Source of the DNA: a virus
Taxonomy: Duplodnaviria > Caudoviricetes
IMG/VR virus record: IMGVR_UViG_3300019872_000012
Location: 1 to 30,308 of that record
Direction: 5' to 3' (one strand)
DNA length: 30,308 nucleotides
Shown here: positions 1 through 7,148 of the stretch, in pieces
Numbering within the stretch: the first letter of the stretch is position 1
How the letters are laid out: every line of letters starts with the position of its first letter
Program-made: the position numbers and the translations under genes
Notes under the pieces: model-generated
What the model was told of the DNA's origin: nothing
Seen by the model: the letters and a program-made list of their open reading frames with translations, nothing else
The model's database searches: none

Positions 1-252
1 GTTGGGTTTCAACGCGACCTCTTCGTAGGCATTGAGGCTGAGGATTGCTTTCTCCAAAGTAGTGACCAGTTTGTCAGAATCATTCCAATCACCCATATCG
101 TTGCAGATCTCCGGCAACCTTTCATCAATGCCATCCACAACCGCTCGATAGGCCCGGTTCACCAAAACTACAAGCTCAGCCAGGTCAAGTTTCAAATCGG
201 CCAGGTCGCTGGCCGCCGCGGCCTTTTTGTCTTTGATGTCCTCTTTCGTCAT
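1..252 (-). CDS. Hypothetical helical protein, 3' end outside window (MTKEDIKDKKAAAASDLADLKLDL...)
   Basis: ATG at 252 preceded by GGAGATGAT; frame read by hand is open to base 1; absent from the ORF track because it has no stop. Confidence 0.75.
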   Translation of the reverse strand, partial: MTKEDIKDKKAAAASDLADLKLDLAELVVLVNRAYRAVVDGIDERLPEICNDMGDWNDSDKLVTTLEKAILSLNAYEEVALKPN

Positions 253-260
253 ATCATCTC

Positions 261-680
261 CTAAATCAAAAGGTAGTTTGGCCATACCGCGTCTCTGATC
301 TCCCGGGAGACATTCCAAGGGCCAATGATATCGGGATGACGCCAACATATTGGGGCGTCCTGCATATCAACCGGAATCAAGTGACGATTCCAATTCTCAG
401 ATCTGAATTCGAAATAAAAGATCTGGTCTTTCGACATTCGAGGCACAATGCCAGAAAAATAGCTGTGATCGCAAAGGCAGCATTGAAGCCGGCCCCCGCG
501 CTTCCCCTTGGATGATTGCCGCGGCCGGTAGCCCTGATCACCGTTTCCGTTGTTGAACCACTGCGCGGCCTGGTACCCAGAGCCACAATGACAACGAAAG
601 CTGCTTATTGATGAGCCCCGTGTGTTTCGATAATGGCGGACTTCCCGACATTCTTCGTTTTTGCAAATGATTGCCGGCAT
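261..680 (-). CDS. Cys-rich hypothetical protein, possible Zn-binding
   Basis: Likely start is ATG at 680 (MPAIICK) after AAAGGGGGTG and just after the upstream stop at 682; CKNEEC, CHC and CCLC motifs. Confidence 0.7.
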   Translation of the reverse strand: MPAIICKNEECREVRHYRNTRGSSISSFRCHCGSGYQAAQWFNNGNGDQGYRPRQSSKGKRGGRLQCCLCDHSYFSGIVPRMSKDQIFYFEFRSENWNRHLIPVDMQDAPICWRHPDIIGPWNVSREIRDAVWPNYLLI

Positions 681-681
681 A

Positions 682-1014
682 TCAATCACCCCCTTTGGGA
701 AAGCCATCAATAGAAATAAACCGGGGTTCCTCGAACGGTTTGGCCTGGTCTGCCTCAAGCTCAGCCGCGGCCGCCCCCCGGGCAAAGCCTTGTAATTTTT
801 CGGCGCTCAGTAACAGAGCTGAGAGAGACGCGAGGGGCCGCATCTGGTCATTGAGCTTACGAAGGCCGGCAATAACCTCGTTGATGGAGTTGACCAGTTC
901 TCCCACTTCATCGGCCGCCTCAAGGCCTAGACCTGAGTTGAGCCGGTTTGCAACCTCGTCAATCTTCTTATCAGCATTGTCCAGATGATATTTGATCACA
1001 TCGTTGATATTCAT
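682..1014 (-). CDS. Hypothetical coiled-coil protein
   Basis: 110-aa ORF abutting both neighbours; heptad-like Leu/Ile pattern. Confidence 0.75.
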   Translation of the reverse strand: MNINDVIKYHLDNADKKIDEVANRLNSGLGLEAADEVGELVNSINEVIAGLRKLNDQMRPLASLSALLLSAEKLQGFARGAAAAELEADQAKPFEEPRFISIDGFPKGGD

Positions 1015-1503
1015 CTATCGGCCTACCTTTCTTTTCAAATTTGTCAGTGCATCTCCGACGCGGTTGAGGGCTGCCGTCGCGTTCTCTGTTGATGCCGAAA
1101 TCTTGATCGTTACTCCGGCCAGATTGGCAAGCATTCGGGCCGCCTTCTCTGCCGGCGTCTCACGCAACGAAATCAGATTGAGGGGCTCCCTCAGATCCAT
1201 CAACTGTTTGACCATATAGACGCCAACGTACAGGCCGAAAATCGCAAACCGGATTTTCTGCCGGTCAACATCCCGGAGGCCGGCCGGCATGATGAGGGAG
1301 CCGAGAGCCTGGCTCAGAGCTGAGCCAATGCAGAAAATAACGAAATCCCGGACGTGAGCCCAACGCTGGCGCCGCCGCTCTTTGAGCTCAGCGAAACTCA
1401 TAAACTCAACATCAATCCGCTGAGCAATCAAAAATATGGTGATGAGCGTCAGGAACAAAAGCCCCAGGACGGAAAAGGCGAAAACTGTCTGCGGTATTGT
1501 CAT
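1015..1503 (-). CDS. Hypothetical membrane protein
   Basis: GAGGAAAACACACAATG start context; about three hydrophobic segments. Confidence 0.75.
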   Translation of the reverse strand: MTIPQTVFAFSVLGLLFLTLITIFLIAQRIDVEFMSFAELKERRRQRWAHVRDFVIFCIGSALSQALGSLIMPAGLRDVDRQKIRFAIFGLYVGVYMVKQLMDLREPLNLISLRETPAEKAARMLANLAGVTIKISASTENATAALNRVGDALTNLKRKVGR

Positions 1504-1561
1504 TGTGTGTTTTCCTCAAGAGAGAAGGGAGGGAGCCAGGCCGGCCCCCTGAGTTTGGTTT

Positions 1562-1729
1562 TTACAGAAGAAAAAATATGATCCCTGCGGCCAGTAAGGC
1601 GGCCGCGCCTTGTGGTATATCGCCAACCCCGAATGGAGCAAGCCAGGCGAATGAGAACCCGGCCAGGAACATAATGCAGAATTTCCCGAGGCTCAGGGTT
1701 TCAAGTTTTTCAATCATCCAGTCCAACAT
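1562..1729 (-). CDS. Small two-helix membrane protein (55 aa)
   Basis: GGAGG precedes ATG at 1729 (MLDWMIEKL); two hydrophobic stretches; directly downstream of the 1789-1817 promoter. Confidence 0.7.
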   Translation of the reverse strand: MLDWMIEKLETLSLGKFCIMFLAGFSFAWLAPFGVGDIPQGAAALLAAGIIFFLL

Positions 1730-1788
1730 TTTGATACCTCCGAAATGTGTTTTTATCATCTTTGGGGCTTTGCCCGTCTGGCAAAGAC

Positions 1789-1817
1789 ATCATAGTACGG
1801 GATCCCGTATGAATCAA
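1789..1817 (-). promoter_or_regulatory. Sigma70-type promoter TTGATT-17-TATGAT with operator palindrome in the spacer
   Basis: -35 at 1812-1817, -10 at 1789-1794, perfect TACGGGATCCCGTA at 1796-1809. Confidence 0.8.
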
Positions 1818-1837
1818 TAGAGAAATCGGCCGGCATG

Positions 1838-1885
1838 AAAAAGAAACGGCCCGGGTCTCAGAGTGCGACAGAGAAACCCGGGCCG
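1838..1885 (-). terminator. Intrinsic terminator
   Basis: 10-bp perfect stem (1847-1856 / 1876-1885) followed by TTTCTTTTT on the minus strand. Confidence 0.7.
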
Positions 1886-1991
1886 ATAGATCCAAAAATA
1901 ACTTGTAAACCAAAAACCGTTGTATCACCAGACAATCACGATTTCCCAACCGAGTTGCGTGAGTGACCAACGCCGGGGGGAATCCTAACAC

Positions 1992-2020
1992 AAAAGGCCG
2001 GCCCCTTTCGAGAGCCGGCC
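1992..2020 (-). terminator. Intrinsic terminator; 24-bp core identical to 2413-2436
   Basis: GGCCGGCTCTCGAAAGGGGCCGGCC then TTTT, just after the stop at 2045. Confidence 0.75.
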
Positions 2021-2044
2021 CCGTTTGCTGAGTTCGAACCCGGA

Positions 2045-2326
2045 CTATATGAGCTCATCCATGATCCGCTTTGCCTCTGCCTTACCGTCATAAATGCGAT
2101 GCCTGTTGCAAAAATCCTCATCAACTAGCCTGAGCTTCTTAACTGAGGCCGTCAGGCTCGTTTTAGCCCCTGAGCAGTATCTATCGAGGGAGTTTCTCAT
2201 TCTGCCCTCAGCAACTGCCGTTTTATGATTGCCGACGGCTGTCTCAAGCCATTTGATGCTGTCAATGTATCTTGTCCATGCGGCGTCCCAAATGTCGGCC
2301 GCGGTATTTTTGGTTTTCTTTTTCAT
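2045..2326 (-). CDS. Hypothetical protein (93 aa, MKKKTKNTAADIW...)
   Basis: Start reassigned to ATG at 2326 after GAAAGGAAAAACACA; the longer track ORF runs through promoter and terminator sequence. Confidence 0.8.
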   Translation of the reverse strand: MKKKTKNTAADIWDAAWTRYIDSIKWLETAVGNHKTAVAEGRMRNSLDRYCSGAKTSLTASVKKLRLVDEDFCNRHRIYDGKAEAKRIMDELI

Positions 2327-2405
2327 TGTGTTTTTCCTTTCAAGTTTGTTGTTGCTCTCTGCATTCGCAGAGACACCATAGCATCGGAATCCCGTAAGAT
2401 CAACA
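2322..2405 (-). repeat. Promoter-leader-RBS cassette repeat, copy 1 (84 bp)
   Basis: 79/84 identical to 4301-4384 by manual alignment; contains TTGATC-17-TATGGT (2375-2403) and an operator variant at 2383-2396. Confidence 0.93.
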
Positions 2406-2436
2406 AAAAAAAGCCGGCCCCTTTCGAGAGCCGGCC
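2405..2436 (-). terminator. Intrinsic terminator abutting the next -35 box
   Basis: GCCGGC stem around a CGAAAG loop, followed by T8. Confidence 0.8.
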
Positions 2437-2457
2437 AGGTCGAGCAAGCAACAAAGG

Positions 2458-2592
2458 TCAAGCCCGGGCAATCCGGGCGATGAATGAGCCGACGACCATG
2501 CCCAGAATGAGCCGGCCCGGCCAGGTACAGGTAAGGATTTCCCCTATCGCATAGAGCAAATTAAAAATGTCTGTGAGTAGATCTCCGGTCAT
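2458..2592 (-). CDS. Small hydrophobic protein, 44 aa (MTGDLLTDIFNLLYAIGEILTCTWPGRLILGMVVGSFIARIARA)
   Basis: ATG overlaps the upstream stop (TAATG at 2590-2594); ends at TGA just before the terminator; below the ORF-track size cutoff. Confidence 0.65.
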   Translation of the reverse strand: MTGDLLTDIFNLLYAIGEILTCTWPGRLILGMVVGSFIARIARA

Positions 2593-3029
2593 TATGCAGC
2601 CTCCGACAGGGGTTGTTTAACATCTTGACCGCGTTTGATTGCGGCGTTTAAGTTGCGAGTGTATGCCTGAATCGCGCTGATTCCGGCCCGGTCAGTACGA
2701 TCAGCAAACCAAGGGGCGTAGTCATTGGGGTTGACGGCGGCCCGGGTTCCATTGGTTGAGATCTCATGCAGGATGACGACCGCTTTGGCGCGTTGCATCC
2801 CGTTGAGAATGTTTACCATTCCCTCTGCCGTATCCGCGGCCTCAACGGTGAGCTTGGAAACCTTGGCATAGGCTTGGCCCTCATAAGAGGCCGGCCGGCT
2901 CTCAATCTGGTAATGGAAATCAGAGTAGATCTCCCGAGCCTTGGCTTCGGTCGCCGCGTATAGTTTGGTCATTGATTCCGGGGCCATCGGATCGGAATGG
3001 ATGATTTGGAAGAGTTCAACGGTTTTCAT
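2592..3029 (-). CDS. Hypothetical protein (145 aa)
   Basis: GAAAGGATAAAAACACACAATG start context; own promoter upstream. Confidence 0.8.
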   Translation of the reverse strand: MKTVELFQIIHSDPMAPESMTKLYAATEAKAREIYSDFHYQIESRPASYEGQAYAKVSKLTVEAADTAEGMVNILNGMQRAKAVVILHEISTNGTRAAVNPNDYAPWFADRTDRAGISAIQAYTRNLNAAIKRGQDVKQPLSEAA

Positions 3030-3083
3030 TGTGTGTTTTTATCCTTTCAAGTCTTACGGCCTTTAACGTCCGGCCGCAAACCG

Positions 3084-3135
3084 ACCATAGCGTGGTATCT
3101 CGGAAGGCGTCAACACATTTTTACGGGATCCCGTA
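3084..3135 (-). promoter_or_regulatory. Promoter TTGACG-18-TATGGT with perfect operator palindrome just upstream
   Basis: -10 at 3084-3089, -35 at 3108-3113, TACGGGATCCCGTA at 3122-3135. Confidence 0.75.
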
Positions 3136-3141
3136 TTAAAT

Positions 3142-3174
3142 AAAAAAAGGCCGGCCCTTTTAGCCCGGCCGGCC
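3142..3174 (-). terminator. Intrinsic terminator
   Basis: GGCCGGCC arms at 3149-3156 and 3167-3174, then T7. Confidence 0.75.
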
Positions 3175-3200
3175 CTCCCTCCCCTCTTGATTCCGTATCA

Positions 3201-3422
3201 TTACGGATTTTTATCAGGCTCAAAGTACGTGCAAGTTTCCCGATGAGACATTGAGCCAATCTCTGACAATTGACCAATATGCAGAACGCTAACTACAACC
3301 CGGCCGGCCTGGTTTTTCCAAGAGATGCGGCCTCCAAGCTTTAAGCACTTTGCGCACCTGGTTATGATGCGGCCGCCGGCAACCTTTTTGCCGGCCTTTT
3401 CCTGCGTGTAGTCGATTTTCAT
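3201..3422 (-). CDS. Small basic protein with CxxC motif
   Basis: ATGA overlap with the upstream gene; CAKC plus later His/Cys residues. Confidence 0.65.
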   Translation of the reverse strand: MKIDYTQEKAGKKVAGGRIITRCAKCLKLGGRISWKNQAGRVVVSVLHIGQLSEIGSMSHRETCTYFEPDKNP

Positions 3423-3817
3423 ATCGCGTAAATGTCTCCGGTTGGCAGGTCATCCAATTCCAAAAAACAAGGGCCGTCAGGATTGCAGCAACGGGCAACG
3501 CGGCCCGCATACTCATCCGGCGTTTCGTTGAGCTCGCTGAGCCTATCGAGCCCGTAATATGAGCCGTCAATGAGGGCGTCATACTGGCTCAGCGTCAGGC
3601 TCAGAGGCTCAGCAACCTTGTCGAGAGGGTAGGCCGCGGCCTCCCGGGCCTCAAAAGCCCCGTCTTTGAACCAACCCTCAACGATGATGAGCTTTTCTCC
3701 GTCCGTTCGAACCTTGACGGCCGGGGCCTGGTCAAACGCGGAATCGTCAAAAACAAATTCCAGAAAGTTGGCATAATCAACAAAATGAATTTTGTTACGG
3801 GTGAGAATGGTTTCCAT
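3419..3817 (-). CDS. Hypothetical acidic protein (132 aa)
   Basis: TAATG coupling at 3817 with GGAGG upstream. Confidence 0.8.
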   Translation of the reverse strand: METILTRNKIHFVDYANFLEFVFDDSAFDQAPAVKVRTDGEKLIIVEGWFKDGAFEAREAAAYPLDKVAEPLSLTLSQYDALIDGSYYGLDRLSELNETPDEYAGRVARCCNPDGPCFLELDDLPTGDIYAI

Positions 3818-4305
3818 TATTCGCCTCCAAACGCCTTTTTCTCGGTCAAATAGATAACCTGGTCATTGGCTTCACCAAGCCGGCCCAGGTCGCGCAACCC
3901 CGCAAAATCCTCAGGAACATAGGTAACGAAATACCCGGGATCCTGGTCGGGGGCCTGAGCCGTGAAATGACCGGCCTTGACGTTGGCCTCATATCGCGCA
4001 ACTTGGCCCTTGATAATCTCCGGCGTCAACCGCTTCCCTGTGTAAGGAATCCAGCGGAGGCCGTCGACGTCGACGACCAGTGGGATTGAATTGGCCGGCT
4101 GAGTGTGATGAAAACGGATTGAGAGGGCAACGGTTGATTGGCCTTCGTACTCAGCACGGGCCTCCAACGTAGTGAGGGGCCTTTCGGCCCCCTCAGGATA
4201 AGTCATTCTGTTTTCACGCCGGGCCGCGGCTAGTTTGTCCATCTCATCGTCCGCGCCTTCGAAGCAATCGCCGGGTTTCTCGTAATCTGTATCGCCGTAG
4301 TTCAT
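3817..4305 (-). CDS. Hypothetical protein (162 aa, MNYGDTDYEK...)
   Basis: Start reassigned to ATG at 4305, which has the same leader and RBS as the gene starting at 2326. Confidence 0.8.
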   Translation of the reverse strand: MNYGDTDYEKPGDCFEGADDEMDKLAAARRENRMTYPEGAERPLTTLEARAEYEGQSTVALSIRFHHTQPANSIPLVVDVDGLRWIPYTGKRLTPEIIKGQVARYEANVKAGHFTAQAPDQDPGYFVTYVPEDFAGLRDLGRLGEANDQVIYLTEKKAFGGE

Positions 4306-4384
4306 TGTGTTTTTCCTTTCAAGTTTGTTGTTGCTCTCTGCATTCGCAGGTACACCATAGCATCGGGATCCCGTACGAGCAACA
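4301..4384 (-). repeat. Promoter-leader-RBS cassette repeat, copy 2
   Basis: Matches 2322-2405; TTGCTC-17-TATGGT at 4354-4382; operator ATCGGGATCCCGTA at 4362-4375. Confidence 0.93.
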
Positions 4385-4444
4385 GAATTTTTCATCCGGC
4401 CCGCATTTATTTCGGCCGGGGAGTACGGGATTGAGTTATAGGCC

Positions 4445-4473
4445 TTGAATCCGTACGAAAGCCCCGATATATT
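4445..4473 (+). promoter_or_regulatory. Promoter TTGAAT-17-TATATT for the HTH gene, predicted leaderless transcript
   Basis: -10 ends 7 nt before the A of ATG at 4480; no Shine-Dalgarno; operator-like half sites at 4424-4437 and 4448-4455. Confidence 0.65.
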
Positions 4474-4479
4474 GAGCTC

Positions 4480-4890
4480 ATGATTTCAATCAACGTTCAA
4501 GCTTACTGTTTATCCGCGGGCATCACATATACGGGGCCGGAGGGGGAAACCCCGATCAACACCTCGTATAAACTTTATCATGCCTGTAAATTCAAAAGCC
4601 CAACGATGGCTTCCCAGATCTGGAAGGGTGAAATGGTAAAAATCGGGCTCTCAACCATTGAGGCTCTGTGCATTGGTCTCAGATGTACGCCGGCTGAGCT
4701 CTTCAAGATCACGCCCCCGGTCATCTCAAAGCCGGGCATACCTGACAAGCCGGCCGTCAAGGCTGCGGCCAGGCCCGCGAAGAAAATGCAGGCAAAGCCA
4801 AAGCCAAAGGCTAGTCAGGTCGGATCCGTTGCCGGGTTAAAGTTTGGTCAAGGGAAGGGAGGGAAAAAGACTGCAAAAAAATCGAAATGA
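4480..4890 (+). CDS. Cro/C1 (XRE)-type HTH regulator with Lys/Ala/Pro-rich tail, probable repressor
   Basis: YKLY...TMASQIWKG...IGLSTIEALCIGLRCTPAELF matches the XRE/HTH_26 pattern; only plus-strand gene; divergent from the cassettes. Confidence 0.85.
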   Translation: MISINVQAYCLSAGITYTGPEGETPINTSYKLYHACKFKSPTMASQIWKGEMVKIGLSTIEALCIGLRCTPAELFKITPPVISKPGIPDKPAVKAAARPAKKMQAKPKPKASQVGSVAGLKFGQGKGGKKTAKKSK

Positions 4891-4949
4891 TCAGTCCTGC
4901 CGGAGGGTTGACCACTCTCCATTACCTGCATAAAAGGCCGGCCCTGGCC

Positions 4950-5606
4950 TCATCCAACGTTGGCCGGCCTTCTCCTCTCCTCTCTCGCTAATCTTTCTTG
5001 TTGCTTTCTCGACATCGGGGCCGGGTTGACTGCCCTCTTACCAGGCCGGCCGCCTTTCGGTCTGGCCGGAGCTTCATAATCAACCATCTTCTTTCCCTCA
5101 CTCACAACCCAATCGGCAACGCCGTGCAAGAAGGTTGCCAGGCAGAGGCCGGCAAAGGCGGCCCCTGATTCCCTGGGATAGGCCAGAATCATAGCTGAGG
5201 CCCGGTCAACGGCCCAGAAGGTATCGAGCATTGCGCCCTGTAGGCCGTCACGGGCCAGGCCGGTGCCCACGGGTATGGGGGCCAGGACTGCAGACAAATA
5301 CACAAGCCTGCCGGCGTCTCCAAGGATTGGCCAGTGACTCAGCGGAGATCTATGAGGCAACTTTTCATAAAGACGCCAGATAAACCGCAGAGGCCCCCAA
5401 CGCCGTTTTGCATTCGAGGCCGCGCCGTCGAGATCCGGAGACAAAAACAGATCTCCGATGATGACTCCAACCGAAGCCGCACCGAGTTCAATAACGCTTG
5501 GCGTCCACTTCCCCAGGTCGAGATAAAGGCCGGCCGCGGCGCCGCCCGCAAAGACAGCAACCGCGGCCAGGGTTGCAATGCTGGTATGTGTGTTTCCGGA
5601 GGGCAT
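4950..5606 (-). CDS. DUF2227-type metal-binding membrane protein (putative metal-dependent hydrolase)
   Basis: PSGxTH, LSPDLD, RWGxLRxIW, HRSxLSHW and HxxxD motifs with hydrophobic segments. Confidence 0.85.
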   Translation of the reverse strand: MPSGNTHTSIATLAAVAVFAGGAAAGLYLDLGKWTPSVIELGAASVGVIIGDLFLSPDLDGAASNAKRRWGPLRFIWRLYEKLPHRSPLSHWPILGDAGRLVYLSAVLAPIPVGTGLARDGLQGAMLDTFWAVDRASAMILAYPRESGAAFAGLCLATFLHGVADWVVSEGKKMVDYEAPARPKGGRPGKRAVNPAPMSRKQQERLAREERRRPANVG

Positions 5607-6178
5607 TATTTCACCGCTCTCAGGTTTGGACGGTCGGGCACTTCCCTATTCTCATCGGCTGAGAGAGCCTCAGCCTGGTCAACAAATCCCCCTCTGATTG
5701 CCTGAGAAACCCTGAGCATGTGTTCAACCTTGGAGGCGGTCGGCGTCTCCCCGTCCAAGACATAATGACGCCAGATTGAGGGCCGGATGAATCCCCGATA
5801 GCCTTTATCGCCTGGCGGCAATTTCTTTTTAGGAACATTCAGTTTTACAGCAATCCCGGAAAATGAACCGTCTTTATATTGCTTAGTAAATCTGTACTTC
5901 CCCATTTTCACGTTAGGAACAGACAAACCGGGAGAACCCGGAGAATTTTGAGAAAGATTTGAAAAATTCTGGCTAAGAGTTTTTCCTAGGGGATTTTTTT
6001 TCATATTTTTTCTTTCTCGATCTTTTTTCCACTTATTGTATCTTTCACGTACGGTTTTTAGCATTCCCATTCTTTTTCCGCCTTTCTGCCGGATATGGCC
6101 TTTTCTGAGAATCTGCCGGCGTTTCGCCACCGATTGCCCGGCCTTTTTAATGCCAAACCCCGGATATTCTGTAACCAT
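5606..6178 (-). CDS. Highly basic hypothetical protein (start uncertain)
   Basis: Stop overlaps the DUF2227 start (TAATG); Lys/Arg rich; alternative starts near 6070. Confidence 0.6.
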   Translation of the reverse strand: MVTEYPGFGIKKAGQSVAKRRQILRKGHIRQKGGKRMGMLKTVRERYNKWKKDRERKNMKKNPLGKTLSQNFSNLSQNSPGSPGLSVPNVKMGKYRFTKQYKDGSFSGIAVKLNVPKKKLPPGDKGYRGFIRPSIWRHYVLDGETPTASKVEHMLRVSQAIRGGFVDQAEALSADENREVPDRPNLRAVK

Positions 6179-6220
6179 CTTGTAACCATATTGTTGTTCC
6201 GGGGTTGTTGATGGATGTTT

Positions 6221-6280
6221 GCAGATCTGGACAGAGGACAGGGAATTGACGGCCGTCGCCCTATCCTTGTCCAGATCTGC
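6221..6280. repeat. 60-bp imperfect inverted repeat
   Basis: GCAGATCTGGACA (6221-6233) / TGTCCAGATCTGC (6268-6280), inner 8/9 stem, central palindrome GACGGCCGTC. Confidence 0.85.
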
Positions 6281-6285
6281 GCCCG

Positions 6286-7035
6286 TTAGTCGCCGTGATA
6301 ATCCGGCAGGGAAACGGTCGAGCCGAGTTCAACCGGAGCTCTCTTTTTGCTCCGTTGATAGGCTCCCTCCGCAATGCCGGAGACGGTCATCAACCCGTGG
6401 GCATAAATGATCACGTCAACAATGCAGAGAACAGCCAAGAGGCCCAGGGCCATAGATTCATAAAGAACGAAATCCAGAAGGCCGGTCGTCGCGTCAGTTA
6501 CGACTTTAGAGGCCGGAACAACCGGAGCCGCCCCGCAAAAGTCCAAAACTGTCACGCCTTTTTTGTCTTTGGATCTCATATTCTGAAAGCGCTCTGTACA
6601 ATTGCCGTGTCTGGCCAATTGATCCTGAAAAAGGTTTTGTGTGCGCTCGACGCCGGCTGTATTCAGCGTGACAGCCTTGGACATTTGAGCCTGGCGTTTT
6701 TCGAGTCCAATCGTCACATAATGAACAAGCAGGCTGACGCCGATGCCCATCACGACAACCGCAAAGCCCCAGAATTTGTATTTCTTGGCGGCCTCCGCTG
6801 CCTCCCTGGATTTCTTGCCAAGCCGGTCAAGCCAGACGCACATAACGAGTGACATCAACCCGGTCGCAATGACCACATAGGATTCCGCGCTTTGGATCTC
6901 GGCATGGAGGATTGCTGACCGAATGAATAAGTGGACGGCCGTGGCCAGGATTCCCAGAAGGGGCCAGGCCATGAGGGTACTCAAACCCGGCTCATAGATG
7001 TAACTTTTATCGTATCGAATATCTCTCTGAGGCAT
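6286..7035 (-). CDS. Multi-pass membrane protein (249 aa)
   Basis: GGGAGG RBS; about four hydrophobic segments with a soluble loop holding two Cys. Confidence 0.8.
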   Translation of the reverse strand: MPQRDIRYDKSYIYEPGLSTLMAWPLLGILATAVHLFIRSAILHAEIQSAESYVVIATGLMSLVMCVWLDRLGKKSREAAEAAKKYKFWGFAVVVMGIGVSLLVHYVTIGLEKRQAQMSKAVTLNTAGVERTQNLFQDQLARHGNCTERFQNMRSKDKKGVTVLDFCGAAPVVPASKVVTDATTGLLDFVLYESMALGLLAVLCIVDVIIYAHGLMTVSGIAEGAYQRSKKRAPVELGSTVSLPDYHGD

Positions 7036-7148
7036 GACGCCCTCCCGTGTAAACCGAAGGGCCAGAAAGTAAATGGCGGGTTGAAAAGGCTATATCGCCC
7101 CCGTACAATGCCCGTCCACTTTCCAGCCGTCGAAAGTTTGAAAGTGGC

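Noticed and set aside
1796-4384. CRISPR array from the recurring palindrome and repeats
   Set aside because: Spacing is hundreds of bases, irregular and filled with genes; no cas genes.
2322-4384. The 84-bp repeats as attL/attR or transposon ends
   Set aside because: They consist of promoter, leader and RBS ending at start codons; no recombinase or transposase lies between them.
2326-4395. Shared N-terminal peptide (RCYGVxANAESNNKLERKNT) in track ORFs 2045..2461 and 3817..4395
   Set aside because: It is a translation of the duplicated promoter/leader; the real starts follow the RBS at 2326 and 4305.
6286-7035. Calling the membrane protein a holin
   Set aside because: Large for a typical holin, no adjacent endolysin and no recognisable family motif.
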